A DNA stretch of 63,781 nt, the filler included, from Squatina squatina (lineage: Eukaryota): assembly GCA_031763465.1 (NCBI GenBank). It is 4 parts of 4 records of this genome, joined end to end, with 100 filler letters (N's around TTAATTAATTAA, not from the genome) between each part and the next. Parts side by side here need not be neighbours in the genome. Positions count along the whole stretch, not along the records: positions 12,630 to 27,613 come from JARFOE010000189.1; positions 27,714 to 51,328 come from JARFOE010000046.1; 2 more parts are not named here. One strand, given 5' to 3'. Of this stretch, positions 24,170-36,682 are shown one piece after another; within the stretch, counting starts at the first letter, position 1; each line of letters begins with the position of its first letter. The notes beneath the pieces are model-generated. The model searched no databases, had not been told where the DNA came from, and worked only from the letters and a program-made list of their open reading frames with translations. The translations under genes were made by a program, and so were the position numbers.

Positions 24170-24520
24170 TCCAGATGTCGTGTTGCAGTTGCACATTGAG
24201 TAATGTGTACAGGTCTGGTCACTACTGCCATCGCTGCACCTGGATGTGGTGCAAAGGGAGGCAACGAGGCTGAGACCCTGGCTTAGAGAGATAGGACATG
24301 TGTATGAGTAGACAAAAGAGACATCTCATAGGCACCCTAAAAGACTAAGTCGAAGGTTAACAGGATTGAAAATGGAAGCTCAGAATAATACTTACAGATA
24401 ATGCCATGGCAGTAGAACGAGAGATCAAAGGTTCTGGACCTGAAGGAAAAGTTTAGGACAGACACCAGGAAGTATTTCTCTACACAGAGGGTGATCCATA
24501 GCTGGAACAGGTTACCAGGG
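24170..24520 (+). mobile_element. Old CR1 ORF2 3' fragment
   Basis: KFRTDTRKYFSTQRVIHSWNRLP matches the CR1 R..FF..RV...WN.LP motif. Confidence 0.65.
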
Positions 24521-26134
24521 TGGGAGATTGACTCCGGGAATACTGAACTCATCGAGGACGCAGCTTTAACGCTGTAACGGGAAGACAATGAAGCTGGTAT
24601 TCGGGGAGGATGAGGTCAAGTGAGCCAACTTTGGTACAACTCATCTCATGACCAGGAATACACGTTAAAAATAAGAAAAGGGTCTCCAGTCCACGCCAAC
24701 ACACTGGTTCAGATGCGACACGCCTTCCTGAAGGCCTGACGTCAGCCAGGCCGGGAGGACTTATCAAATAGAGTGGGGCACAGAAGAAAATTACTCTCTG
24801 CGCTGAGAAATGTTAGGTCCCCTTCACAGATTGTTGGAGAAAGAGAGAAAACGAAAGGGCGAGAGAGAGAGAGAGAGGCCGTGAGAAAACGAAAGGGCAA
24901 GAGATTTTAAAATGAGATGGGAGCATTTTACAAAGGCTCAAATAATGAGCAAATTGCCTCCCATTCTGATATAACATCTAATGGTGAGAGGAGAAGGAAG
25001 GAATACAATTTCAGTGCCTTTCAAGCCTGATGTGGTCGCAGCTCAGACATTAAAATATGAAATTACTGGTGGCAACGCTGAACTTATTGCAGTCCATTTG
25101 CTGTGGTCCATTACCACTAACCCAGTCTCTCAAGCCTGGTCATTCATATAAAAAGCTCATCGAGCACTATTACAAATCCATTACTGCAGGACATTACACT
25201 GGCATCTGTTGCCCAACTAGTAACTGGCTTCATCCAGGGCTCTTTCGAAACTGCAAGTCTATTTTCAAGGGAAGTCGTAGAAGGAACTGACTGTAATGTT
25301 ATAGCCACTTGCTGAATCGTTATTTCACGTCGGTTACCAGCCAAGGGACAAAAAAAGGTAAAGTTCCTGACTGATCAGACCTGCTGAGATAGTCNNNNNN
25401 NNNNNNNNNNNNNNNNNNNNNNNNNNNNNNNNNNNNNNNNNNNNNNNNNNNNNNNNNNNNNNNNNNNNNNNNNNNNNNNNNNNNNNNNNNNNNNCTGCAC
25501 CCTCTCCCAATCCCTGTACATTCAGTCTGCTCTGACGCACAACAGCAATGGTGCAAGGGAGCAGATCTCTTCAGGCCTTTGTTCCCTGAGGATGAACGGT
25601 AGTGGACCAAGGGAATAACAAAAAGCAGACATGGGGATGCATCCTTGCCAACAAATAAAGGACTTTAAAAAAAAAATCCACTCGTCAGACTTTTTCTGGG
25701 GGGCTGTGCGGGATTCAAAGTTTACATAGAAGGGAAAGAAATTATTTTTTCATTTCCAGTGAAGCTGCTCATTACACTGCACTGAATTACGCAGAATTGC
25801 ATTTTAAGCACAGTTCCTGCTTATAGCAGATGGTGAGCTATTACAACATAATGCTAATCCAGTGCAGCAAAAATTAAAAGGCATTACCCACTTTTTAAGC
25901 AGAAACAATGCTGAATGTTTCTGGCAATTTCCCAAATGCCAAAACATCACTCCGATACACGCAAATAAATCAATTTAGCTCACCCTGACATCAACAGCTG
26001 CTGTGACTTCTGCATATTTACACTTCTTTCGCTTTATATACTGCCGTTCGATACAATTTTCTCCTCTGCTGCCAGAACAACAGCCTCCTCCATTGGCTCG
26101 GTAAATGCGCTGAAGTGTATCAATCTATTTATGT

Positions 26135-26610
26135 CAATTCCAATGCTTTCCTGGTCGGCCTCCGATCTTCCACCCTCCGTAAACCTGAGGTCATCCAAAA
26201 CTCAGCTACCCGTGATCTAACTCGCATCAAGTCCTGTTCACCAATAAACCCTGTGCTCGCTGACTTACATTAGCTCCTGGCTCACTAACACCTTGATTTT
26301 AAAATCCTCATCTTCGTGTTTAAATCCCTCCATGGCCTCACCCCTCCCGATCTCTGTAAACTCCTCCAACCCTACAGCCCACGAAGAACTTTGCGTTCCT
26401 CCAACTCTAGCTTCTTGTGCATCTCCTACTTCCTTTGCTCCACCATTGGCAGCTGTGCCTTTAGCCGTTTAGACTCTAAGCACTGGAATTCCCTCCCCAA
26501 ACCTCTCCGCCTCTCCAAGTCTCTCCTCCGTTAAGACTCTGCTTAAAACTTATCTCTTTGATCCACCTTTTAGTCACTTGTCCTAAAGTCTCCTTCTTTG
26601 GCTCAGTGTC
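26135..26610 (+). mobile_element. L2-clade LINE ORF2 C-terminus / 3' end
   Basis: NAFLVGL..STLRK..VIQNSA.R.LTR.KS.SPI.PVLADLH...FKILIFVFKSLHGLTP..L..LLQPY...RTLRSS...AF.....HWNSLP is the canonical L2 C-terminal motif. Confidence 0.85.
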
Positions 26611-26789
26611 AGTATTTGTCTGATTCTTCTTCTCTTCTTACATCCCTGATAAGCAGCTTGTTACTTTACTACTTTAAAAGCACTATATNNNNNNNNNNNN
26701 NNNNNNNNNNNNNNNNNNNNNNNNNNNNNNNNNNNNNNNNNNNNNNNNNNNNNNNNNNNNNNNNNNNNNNNNNNNNNNNNNNNNNNNNG

Positions 26790-27010
26790 AGCAGAGGATT
26801 TCCGGCCAATATTTATCCCTCAACCAACATTGTGAAAAATAAACAGATGATCTGGTCATTTATCACATTGCTATTTGTGGGAGCTTGCTGTGCGCAAATT
26901 GGCTGCTGCGTTTCCTACATTGCAACTGGACTTCAGAAGTACTTCACTGGCTGTAAAGCGCTTTGGGACATCCTGAGGCACAACATGAATTCAAGTCTGT
27001 CTTTCCTTCT
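26790..27010 (+). mobile_element. DeuSINE 3' half
   Basis: GGCCAATATTTATCCCTCAACCAACA...GGGAGCTTGCTGTGCGCAAATTGGCTGC...GCTGTAAAGCGCTTTGGGAC. Confidence 0.85.
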
Positions 27011-27613
27011 TTCTATCTGACAACGTCTCGATGGTGTGAACTTTCTCGCCTGTACTCTCAACCCACTTAAAATTAGCCGTCCGGGAACGCAAATCTGAAA
27101 GTACGTACGACATGTGCGTAGATCTCTCCCCCGACGACAAGAGTTACGCTCACAGACAGCCAGTATGAACAAGGTACTGAATCTATATTGTAGGTACTAA
27201 TCTCAGAATGGCAGTCAAAGTTTCACGGAGATATTTTCTCATATTTCATTCAGCCCCCTTGTGCTGTTCTACAAAGATGAATTGTTATTCCTGTTATTTT
27301 AAAATGTTTCCCCAGATCACTGTAATATGGAGTGAGAAATTTCCTCCCACATGTCCTGTCGGAACACAGCCTGTTGGGTTTTATTTTGTGATGTAAAGCA
27401 TTTACATCTATACTGTAAACAAGCCAGTCTCCTACGCTTCAAAACAAACAAGTATGCCACCACACAGGCTGCTAGCACAATCCAGCTGTTGTACATTCAC
27501 AGGATGATTTGCTCTGGTTATTTTCTCCATCTATACAGAGACACACACACAAAAGACATTTTCCTTCTCACAGACATGCAATCTACTGCTAGCGATGTAC
27601 ATCCTGCCCCATA

Positions 27614-27713
27614 NNNNNNNNNNNNNNNNNNNNNNNNNNNNNNNNNNNNNNNNNNNNTTAATTAATTAANNNNNNNNNNNNNNNNNNNNNNNNNNNNNNN
27701 NNNNNNNNNNNNN
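27614..27713. other. Artificial scaffold-concatenation linker
   Basis: TTAATTAATTAA at 27658-27669 within Ns. Confidence 0.95.
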
Positions 27714-28207
27714 TAGTTAGGGATACCATAGGTCTGAATGATTTTACAAGTCTCACTCTGAAGAGTTCCTGAAGCACAGGACCTACTGCAAGCTGACCAT
27801 TGGCTACTAGACGCTGGCTCCCAACCAACTTTAATCCAATAAACATATATAGTCTCTATCAATACTTTAACTTCACTGGCCAATTCCAGGTTCCTGGAGC
27901 ACCTTAATAACTTAGTGATACAAGAGTGAAAAAAACATTTGTCCTTTTAAATGCATTATTCAAAATTCAATTTTACAAAAAGATGACTCAAACGATTAAC
28001 AAAATAGAAAAGGTTTCAATTTCACCCAACTATACAAAAACAAACAGTGCAGCTCTGCCACTGCCCCCTTTGTGCTCCCAGCTCAACGGTACAAAGCCCT
28101 TCAACAGAGCAGAAGTGTACTGGGATAATCCTCATGATCACGGCCAATCTCCAAACACCACATCGTTCTCACTCCCTTTAGTCACGTGTACAGCATTAGC
28201 AGACGTC

Positions 28208-28395
28208 TCAGTTTTCCACGTCCTCTTCCTCGTTTTCTATCTCCTTTTGGTCATCATCTTCCACCATTTTCACGTCTTCTGTATCTTCTTCGTTCTCATC
28301 TTCCTTGCTCTTGTCATGTTCTTCACTCTCGGGCTTCTTATCCTTCTTCTTCTGTTCTGAAGCTTCTTTCTTTCCTCTCTGCTCTCGTTTGTAGG
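28208..28395 (-). CDS. POLE3: DNA polymerase epsilon subunit 3 (CHRAC17) last coding exon, acidic tail
   Basis: ctttccccgcAG acceptor. (A)YKREQRGKKEASEQKKKDKKPESEEHDKSKEDENEED...EEEDVEN*. Phase is compatible with the exon at 30361-30479. Confidence 0.92.
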
Positions 28396-28752
28396 CTGCG
28401 GGGAAAGAGGCAGGATCATAAGAATTTTTAAAATATCAGAAAATTTGGGCATGGAATCAGCAATTCCCAGGACTTAGGTCAGTGCGAGCCCTCAGACAGA
28501 GGGAAAGCAATCAATTTAGTAGAGCTCAGATGAGAAAATCACCAATCAGTAACAAGGCAGAAAGCATCCCATTTTTAAGTGTGGAATAAATAAAAATAAA
28601 AGCATTAGGAATGAGTAGAAAGTATTCACATCAATGTGTGGCGTAATTGGAAAAATTAAAAAGACAAAAAGTAGATTTAAAGCCAGTGTCAGCCACACTA
28701 AATGACTGAAATCGTAAAGCTAAATTCTAATTAATACTACGCTCACGACAGA

Positions 28753-28846
28753 ATGGCAAGTCGTAGTTTAGGCAGTGTACCTCATTTTGAAAACGGTTAC
28801 AGCTACGAAGAGTGGATAGAAATCCTTGAAGCCTGGCTAGAATCAA
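28753..28846 (+). mobile_element. Possible Ty3/Gypsy gag N-terminus inside a POLE3 intron
   Basis: MASRSLGSVPHFENGYSYEEWIEILEAWLES resembles Mag-type gag starts (G.I..F.....W..Y.E.LE.Y). It is preceded by AATAAA...CA and TGGCG and runs into a 395-N gap. Confidence 0.3.
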
Positions 28847-29726
28847 NNNNNNNNNNNNNNNNNNNNNNNNNNNNNNNNNNNNNNNNNNNNNNNNNNNNNN
28901 NNNNNNNNNNNNNNNNNNNNNNNNNNNNNNNNNNNNNNNNNNNNNNNNNNNNNNNNNNNNNNNNNNNNNNNNNNNNNNNNNNNNNNNNNNNNNNNNNNNN
29001 NNNNNNNNNNNNNNNNNNNNNNNNNNNNNNNNNNNNNNNNNNNNNNNNNNNNNNNNNNNNNNNNNNNNNNNNNNNNNNNNNNNNNNNNNNNNNNNNNNNN
29101 NNNNNNNNNNNNNNNNNNNNNNNNNNNNNNNNNNNNNNNNNNNNNNNNNNNNNNNNNNNNNNNNNNNNNNNNNNNNNNNNNNNNNNNNNNNNNNNNNNNN
29201 NNNNNNNNNNNNNNNNNNNNNNNNNNNNNNNNNNNNNNNNNGAGCAGGCGCAAGGAGCCGAATGGCCTGGTCCTGCTCCTTGTTCTTAGTTCTTATGTTC
29301 GTATTCCATAAATTTAAACTGGATTTAAATCTAGGTACTGGTGGGAGGGGGCAAGGAATGTCACAAGTGCAACCCAGTACATCTCACTTCCCCCATAACC
29401 CACTGTGGTATTTAGTACTCATAATTCACAGTGTCACTCGCACCCCTGAAAAGGCAGTCCCCATAACCCACTGTGCCACTCAACCACCATAACACACACT
29501 CTGCTACTTATGCCTCCTATTATGTGTTCTGTTACAAATAAATATCATTTTGTTTCTCTAAGCGTACGTTTCCAGAAAATAGAGACAAAGTGAAAAAATA
29601 TTACAAATCCATTCAAATTATTCAATTACCTTCCACTGCTTCTAGATTTATTTTACTGAGTGTTCTAGTGATTTGGGAGTTTTAATACAATTTCAGTTCA
29701 ATAACAACTTAAAATTTGCTCATAAT

Positions 29727-29893
29727 CAATATTCCCTCTAAGCTGTGCGGCCACGCAGTAATGGGTAAGGTCCCACGCACACCGCTCACCGGCTTTTCCA
29801 TTGTAAGTACCGCGCATGTGCAGAAATTTAAAGGGACTGTGCAGTAAAACAAACAGGCCACGTAGAACAAAGCGCAACTTAGAGGGAACATTG
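29727..29893. mobile_element. Short MITE (167 bp) with 22-bp TIRs, hAT-like
   Basis: CAATATTCCCTCTAAGCTGTGC vs reverse complement of right end CAATGTTCCCTCTAAGTTGCGC (19/22). No clear TSD. Confidence 0.7.
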
Positions 29894-30360
29894 CCTGGGA
29901 GTGTTCAATTCTGACCCTGGGTGCTTGAAATGGTAATGTGTTCCATTCTTCCATTGTCTACCATTCTTCAACTTGAACATAAAACTTTAATGAAGTAAGC
30001 AATCAACTAGAGGACTGTTCCATCCACCCAGTCCTCAGAGGGGCAGACGCACAAATTTTGTTTTCAGGTGCCAAATCCAGTGCCCACCCTATGATGCAAT
30101 CATATAGATTGCATCAAGTGTCCGTAAAGGATATATTCACTTGTCGCGTACACCAGTCTTTCAGTTCATTTTAAAGTACTTGTCCCATAACAGTAAAAAG
30201 TCACTTTTTGCATTCGGAAAAAAACCCATCAGAGACATTTTAAATGTAGCTAGGGTCCTTACTTAGGTGTGTAGAATGGTCTTGTACTTGCCTTTTTGCT
30301 AATTAAATGACACAATTCAATTACTTCAGTGGTCTAAACAGTACATCACAGGCTCCTCAC

Positions 30361-30479
30361 CTTCCAATGCATCTTTCAGTGGGGTAATGAAGCGATCAAA
30401 CTCCATCTCTTCCATTGCCGCAAGCACATCAGAGGCACTCAGCGTCTTCCTCTTGCTCTTCATTGCAAAGTTATTTGCG
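30361..30479 (-). CDS. POLE3: POLE3 internal exon (histone fold)
   Basis: tcttcccAG acceptor, GAAG|GTGAG donor, 119 bp. [39 protein letters not shown]. Confidence 0.93.
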
Positions 30480-31100
30480 CTGGGAAGATACATAGACTTT
30501 AATGTCCGTCNNNNNNNNNNNNNNNNNNNNNNNNNNNNNNNNNNNNNNNNNNNNNNNNNNNNNNNNNNNNNNNNNNNNNNNNNNNNNNNNNNNNNNNNNN
30601 NNNNNNNNNNTTTTGTCACAAACCATATAGAAATGAATCCATCCTCTTTCCATTCACCCCCACTGTATATTAACTCACTGGGGCCATTCCCTCCAATTGT
30701 ACATGATTTTCTATGTAATACAATTTTTCAAGATAAAATGCTGATGGATGTTCCAAAGTTAACAGTATTTTTTAAAATGCTCTGTTCACTGGGCAGTCAC
30801 TCTTCTGCCAGATTTCACTTACCCAGCTCCACAAATTAAAAACCAAAATCAGCTCATGAAAAACATAATTTATAATTAATGTATTTTCTAACAACCAGTG
30901 AACAACTAAAGCAGTTGTAAGAATTCTTGCTCATTTACTAGGAAAATAAATTATGCATTTATCAGATACTGGTTGCATAAGAATTGCAGTAATGTCTTGA
31001 GATATGAAAATGCCATTCACCAATCTTATGGAAGTAAATGAGTAAAATCTGTGATTACGGATCCCTGTCTAAACCGTGAGAAACTCCCATCAGTGCTCAC

Positions 31101-31166
31101 CGCCTCTTTAATAATCCTGGTAATGACTGCATTCGGCAAGTTCAAGTCCTCTGGTCTCTCAGCCAT
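31101..31166 (-). CDS. POLE3: POLE3 first coding exon
   Basis: [22 protein letters not shown]|GTGAG, the POLE3 N-terminus. An upstream acceptor (tttggtttAG) at 31176-31177 implies a non-coding exon 1. The next exon (LPDGVN...) is not visible and is probably in the 30511-30610 gap. Confidence 0.95.
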
Positions 31167-31742
31167 CTTTCTCACCTAAACCAAATACAGGAACCAATTC
31201 AGATGGTTATAAATGTGACAAACCAGGAGCAGTCGAGACATTTCTCTCTCAACTCCAGAACTACCCCCGAACCCTCAAACCTGACACCACTGGCCAAGAC
31301 CCAATATCTTGAACAAACATTATAGGTAGCCATGCATTTTGAATGAAAGGAACAATAAGCAATGCATTCTTAGCTCTTTGCCTTACTGGCTAGCCAGTGC
31401 CCAGAGAGTATACATTTACATTTTAGTTGCTGCCCCCACATTACCAGATGAGCTAAGGTTCACCCACGTCCACCATGCATCACTGGGATGCATTCAACTG
31501 GATTGAGATATTTTCCTTAGGAGGCAGATAAAGTTTGCATCACTGGCCACTATACACATGGGCAAGGTGTCAGAGGGTCCCAACTTGCTCAAGAGACCAT
31601 CTTTNNNNNNNNNNNNNNNNNNNNNNNNNNNNNNNNNNNNNNNNNNNNNNNNNNNNNNNNNNNNNNNNNNNNNNNNNNNNNNNNNNNNNNNNNNNNNNNN
31701 NNNNCAACATGGAACGTGGAAGCCATTAGGGCACGCAAATAC

Positions 31743-32359
31743 CAGTATCTCCCTCTGCGGCCTGCACGTGGCCAGCAGCGACTGGCTCCACAACCTGTGG
31801 CCCGATGAGACACAGTAATCTCTGCTCCACGTCTGAGAGGCGGGTAACCTCAGCCTCACCTCCTCCAGTCCGCTGCTGCTCCATCTGGTTATGGGTGACC
31901 TTGCGCTGCAGAAGAAGACAAATGACATATGAGAAGCATAAGTGATGTAGGGTCCCGCAATGTGCATCCTGGCCTTCAGAGAGCTGCATGTGGCAAATGC
32001 GCACTGCAAGGAGGACAAGCATTAACAGATGCAACCAGTGTGGTGTCACTGGGGCATTGCACAGAATTGTCAGACAGCAGCAGATAAGAAGGATGAGCAC
32101 CAAGGTGTACTGACTTTAACTGCTCGAATAAGGTCATTCAGCTTCTTCTGGCACCGCGCTGGGGTTCTGCTGATGCCATCCAAGGCTGACACCTCCCGGG
32201 CAATTTCCAACCACATTTCTCACACCATCTGGTGGGGGCCAGTCTTTGCCCTATGGGCATGAAGAAGCATGACCCCCAAGCCTCCACTGCTGCCACCAGC
32301 ATGTCCAGACCTTAGTCTGTGAATCACCTGGCCCTCTGAGCTCCAGATGCAGCAGCCAT
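31743..32359 (-). mobile_element. PIF/Harbinger Myb/SANT-like gene, decayed, with a spliceosomal intron
   Basis: Exon 32115-32359: RAR*FTD*GLDMLVAAVEA...MWLEIAREVSALDGISRTPARCQKKLNDLIRAVK|gt. Exon 31743-31905: ag|RKVTHNQMEQQRTGGGEAEVTRLSDVEQRLLCLIG. These are the trihelix and RTGGG hallmarks of Harbinger Myb proteins; exon 1 has stops and a frameshift. Confidence 0.75.
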
Positions 32360-32689
32360 CATTTGTCCTTTAGAGACGTTACACAGCAGAAAGTGAGGCT
32401 ACACATTGCCTTTAAGGGCTGGAGTGGTCTGGAAAATGATTAGTACCCAATAAAGAGCTCATGACTGCTTCTCCCCTTTAGCACCACAGCTGAGTTGATT
32501 CATGCCTCCATTAAGCCCCAGTAGTGCCACCACTGAATTTTTTTTAAAGAGACCAATGCCGCATTATTTGGCATGACCCTGAAACCGGCGCTAAAAAAAC
32601 CTTTCTCAGCAGCTAACGCCACCAACGTGGCACTAACGCATTGGGACTCCTTTCTCTCTACTGTCTTCATCCTATCCTTCATTATCAGG

Positions 32690-33960
32690 GCTGCCCCTCT
32701 TCCTTTTCCATTTTGATTATCTCTTCTATAAAGTTAAGTCTCCTGGAATATTTATTTCCCAACCTTGGCCATTTTGCAACCACGTCTCCATAATGACAAT
32801 TAGGTCAAACCTATTCATTTCTATATGCGCTATTAATTCATCTATTTTGTTGTGAATGCTTCGCACATTCAGATATAGTGCCTTTAGTTTTGACTTATTT
32901 ATATTCTTCCCTGATGTCACCTTAGTCACTGATGTCTTATTACCTTCATTACCCTCTCTGTCCCTTCCTGACCCACTCTGCTTATTTTTACCCAAAACTC
33001 TGCTCTAGAGCCTTGACATTTCTCTTGCCACTTGTAATTTTACTCTTTCCTGAATCCTCTCCCCCCACCACCACCCCACCACTTCATTAGTTTACAGCCC
33101 TGTCTATTGCCCTAGTTATTTGGTTTGCCAGGACACTGAACTCCAATGGAACAGCTCCCTCTTTCCCCAGTACTGGTGCCAGTGCCCCATGAACTGAAAC
33201 CCCTTCCTCCCACACCACTCTTTGAGCCACCCATTTAAACCTCTAATCTGTTTGTCCCTATGCCAACTTGCACATGGCTCAGGTAATAATCCAAAGATTA
33301 TTACCTTTGAGGTTTTGCTTTTTAATTTGGACCCTCGCTCCTCAAACTCTCAGCAGAACCTCATTCCTACTTCTACCTATGTCATTGGTTCCTACATGGA
33401 CCATGACAACTGGATCCTTCCCCTCCCACTACAAGTTTTTCTTCAGCCACAAGGAGATATCCTTAACCCTGGCTGGCAACACAGCCTTTGGTACTCCCTG
33501 TCGCAGCTGCATAGAACAGTATCTATCCCCCTGACTGTACTGTCGCCTACCACTATCACATTCCTTTTTACTCCCCCACTTGGATGGCCCCCTGTACCAC
33601 GGTGCCGTGGTCAGTTTGCTCATCCTCCCTGCAGTCCTTTTCCTCATCCGTACAGGTAGCAAGTACTTCATAAGGACAAGGTCAAGGGCTGAAGCTCCTC
33701 CACTACATCCTGGGTCCCCATACCTGCCTCACACACAGTCACACTCTCCTGTCCCTGACCAGTGATGAACTCTAAAGTACTATTTAACCTGAGGGGTGTG
33801 ACTTCCTCCTGGAACTCTTCCCCCCCTCCCTGATGCCCCACAATATCTACACCTCATACTCCAGCTCAACAACTCTGAGCCGAAGTTCCTCGAGCTGCAG
33901 ATACTTACGGCAGATGTGGTTGCTCAGGATTGCGATACTCTCCACCAACTCCCACCTATT
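32690..33960 (-). mobile_element. CR1 LINE 5' part: ORF1 (SGNH esterase) and ORF2 endonuclease start
   Basis: VIVVGDSTVRGIDTVLC...RVKDIS...DPVVMVHVGTNDIG (ORF1), then LKALYLNVRSIHNKIDEL...DLIVIMETWL (APE). Confidence 0.88.
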
Positions 33961-34909
33961 TTGTTTGGTTTTCTACTGGGTATCATAGGATCTCTTCCTG
34001 ACCTTCTATGGGTGAAGGACTTGGTGTTAACGTGGCTCCTAGGTTTGCTTTTTGGTGTATGGGTTAGAATAGAGTAATAGAATGTGGGTTCTTATCGATA
34101 ATTCAGCGTAAAACTTAAGTTCCCAGTATCAGATGAGAGGTACCAAGTGGGATCGGCGCTTTCTTCCCGACAGAGACAACCTATCGACCTTCTAGTGTCT
34201 AGAAATTAGACCTAGGTTTTGAATCAATTGTTGAGACAATCGCAATTCATGGCCTTGAGCTCGTAATCTGGTTTGCTCCTCAGCAAAAACCTTGCATGAT
34301 TATGATTATGAATCACAAACAATGATGGTGTGCAAGTGCAGAATGGGATTCTGATGCTTTGCATATACAGTCGAACACTGGGCCATTGTAGTTCACCCAA
34401 ACTCATGAATGAGTGAGTGTTCAAATGTGTAATGAAGAAAGGTACATAGCTAGGAACTGTAATATTCTTATTTAACTGAATAGCTCCCGGTATCACTACA
34501 GAACCCAACTGCTGTGCCAACTGTTTTAATTATCGACTACAAGTCAGGAGAATTAGACTGCTGGATTAGTCTCGCTGACATCCTCACAGAAACAGAGTTC
34601 ATGCCTGACACATATTACAACACATTCAATGACCTTGGCAGGGTGATGCACATTCCATATCTGGCCCTCGGGCAGTGCTCAGTGCTGGATCTCACCAACT
34701 ACTAAAAATTCCAATTCAATTTATANNNNNNNNNNNNNNNNNNNNNNNNNNNNNNNNNNNNNNNNNNNNNNNNNNNNNNNNNNNNNNNNNNNNNNNNNNN
34801 NNNNNNNNNNNNNNNNNNNNNNNNNACTCGGAGGGACAGTGTCCTGTTTTGGATCAGAGAATAAGATTGTACCTTTCCTTAGGTGCCAGAATGTGGTGCC
34901 ATTGCCCAT

Positions 34910-35450
34910 CTACAGGACAGACAAGACCTGTAAGTGAAGCAGTACCAGCCACACTATTCTAAACTCCAACACGTTGATGTGCCAGAGGAATTGGGATTGA
35001 GATCGGGTTCCTTGGTGGAATGCATAGTCACAGAAGCAAGAGCAATGATAGGCATACGAGGTTACATGCATACTCCCGATGGGATCTGCTCGCAGTTTAT
35101 TCACTGTCTGCATGCTTCCATGATCCAAGAATACCATTTGCAATAGTTCCAGGCATCAGTCCAGTGCTTTTATATAAGATTAAGTTGCAATCATCATCTG
35201 CAATGTATAGTCAGATGAGTGATGGTTGTGAAACAAGATAGCTTGTCCTTACCTGTTATCCCATTCTCCTCCCAACATTGGCACTATCCATTCCCTAGAG
35301 TCATGTAGCGTGTGGTATCCTGGATGGCAGCAATACCACTATGGTTGGCTTCTTAGAAGGCATTATTGAGACATGTGAAAGGGAAACCTTCACATGCAAT
35401 TTCCTTCCCTCTACAGCGGACCTGAGCAAGACTGTCAAATAGAGGAGCCA
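34910..35450 (-). mobile_element. Degenerate DIRS-like retrotransposon RT/RNase H fragment
   Basis: HQGTRSQSQFLWHINVLEFRIVWLVL matches the DIRS1 RNase H motif QG.WS..E...HIN.LEL.AV.LAL. Extent upstream is approximate. Confidence 0.55.
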
Positions 35451-36385
35451 ATGTGACAGCAAGTTAAAACTGTCTGAGCCAATGTAGAGTTGCAGAAACT
35501 AGTTTGTCACCAATCCATACCCTGGGAAGAGTCAGGAAGTGCTAAGACTGTATTATGGAAATAATATCTTTATTCAAGTTAGCTTAAAAGTCAAAACAGA
35601 GCAGCTAAACATATCAACAGGTAAAACAATTTACAACAGATTTTGTGGAACTCCACTTATTATAAAACAGGTCAATTAATTCCGTCTGAACAGATCTCTA
35701 CAGGCAGGAAGTTATCTCCCAAAGCAGTTTGTGCCCTGTTGGAAAACAAAAACAAAAGCAATCAAAACTCTGAATTCGCTGTATATAAGCAGCTCAGATT
35801 TCAGTCTTTACTGGTCGTGTGGCAAACCAACCCTTATTCAAATTGGGCTAAGTCCATAAAATAAGGCAGATTAAAGAAGGCCCAATTCAACATTTAACGC
35901 TCGGTGAAGTCACTGCCTGGAACTGGACTATTCTGAGGCAGTTCAGCTGGAGCTGGCACAAGTTATGTTTGGGTGTACTGCCTCTGTGTGTCATTGGGCA
36001 TCCTAACACTACAGCTCGTTAGTGCAGTGACCGTTCACTCTTCATTATGTACGTGTGCTTCTGATCACCTTTTCTGAGTGACACATTTGCAGCTTTTTAT
36101 AACAGAAATTGGAGGAACCAAAACAAACATAATTTGAAATATTTGTGCACTTTAAAATAAAGAACTATATACATTTGTACAATCCTACTGTTATAAGGAC
36201 TATGGGCAGCCAATTCGGGTTTTTAAAGTTTCTAGCGCTAAGTGCTGAATTTAACGCTGGAAATGGGACTCTGAAAATTTTCAGTNNNNNNNNNNNNNNN
36301 NNNNNNNNNNNNNNNNNNNNNNNNNNNNNNNNNNNNNNNNNNNNNNNNNNNNNNNNNNNNNNNNNNNNNNNNNNNNNNNNNNNNN

Positions 36386-36590
36386 TGGCATTCTGACATG
36401 TCGAGGAAGCTTATTCTCTGCCTGTAGACCCAGCGTGTGGGGTATGGCCTCCTACGAGCTGCACCTCTCTGCTGATCCCCTCTCTCCTGTGGAGCTGCAG
36501 GTCTGTCAGCTGCAGGCTGCTCCTGCTGATGCTGATCAACTTGGGCCTCTTCTGAGGTTCAAAGTAACACAGCTTAAGCAGCACCCATGC
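36386..36590 (-). mobile_element. Harbinger (HARBI1-like) transposase N-terminal fragment
   Basis: AARRRPYPTRWVYRQRISFLDMSEC matches the R.YR.R..YL..SE.QC motif at the start of Harbinger transposases. Confidence 0.65.
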
Positions 36591-36682
36591 TGATCTGATA
36601 AATCAGAGCTCCAAAGTGCAGATCAGACGTACAAACCTCAAGTGTAGATGAGACATCCAAAGTTGTAAAAGTAACCTACAAA

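Noticed and set aside
27926-28431. Hydrophobic plus-strand ORFs (144 aa, 81 aa)
   Set aside because: Antisense shadow of the purine-rich POLE3 acidic-tail exon.
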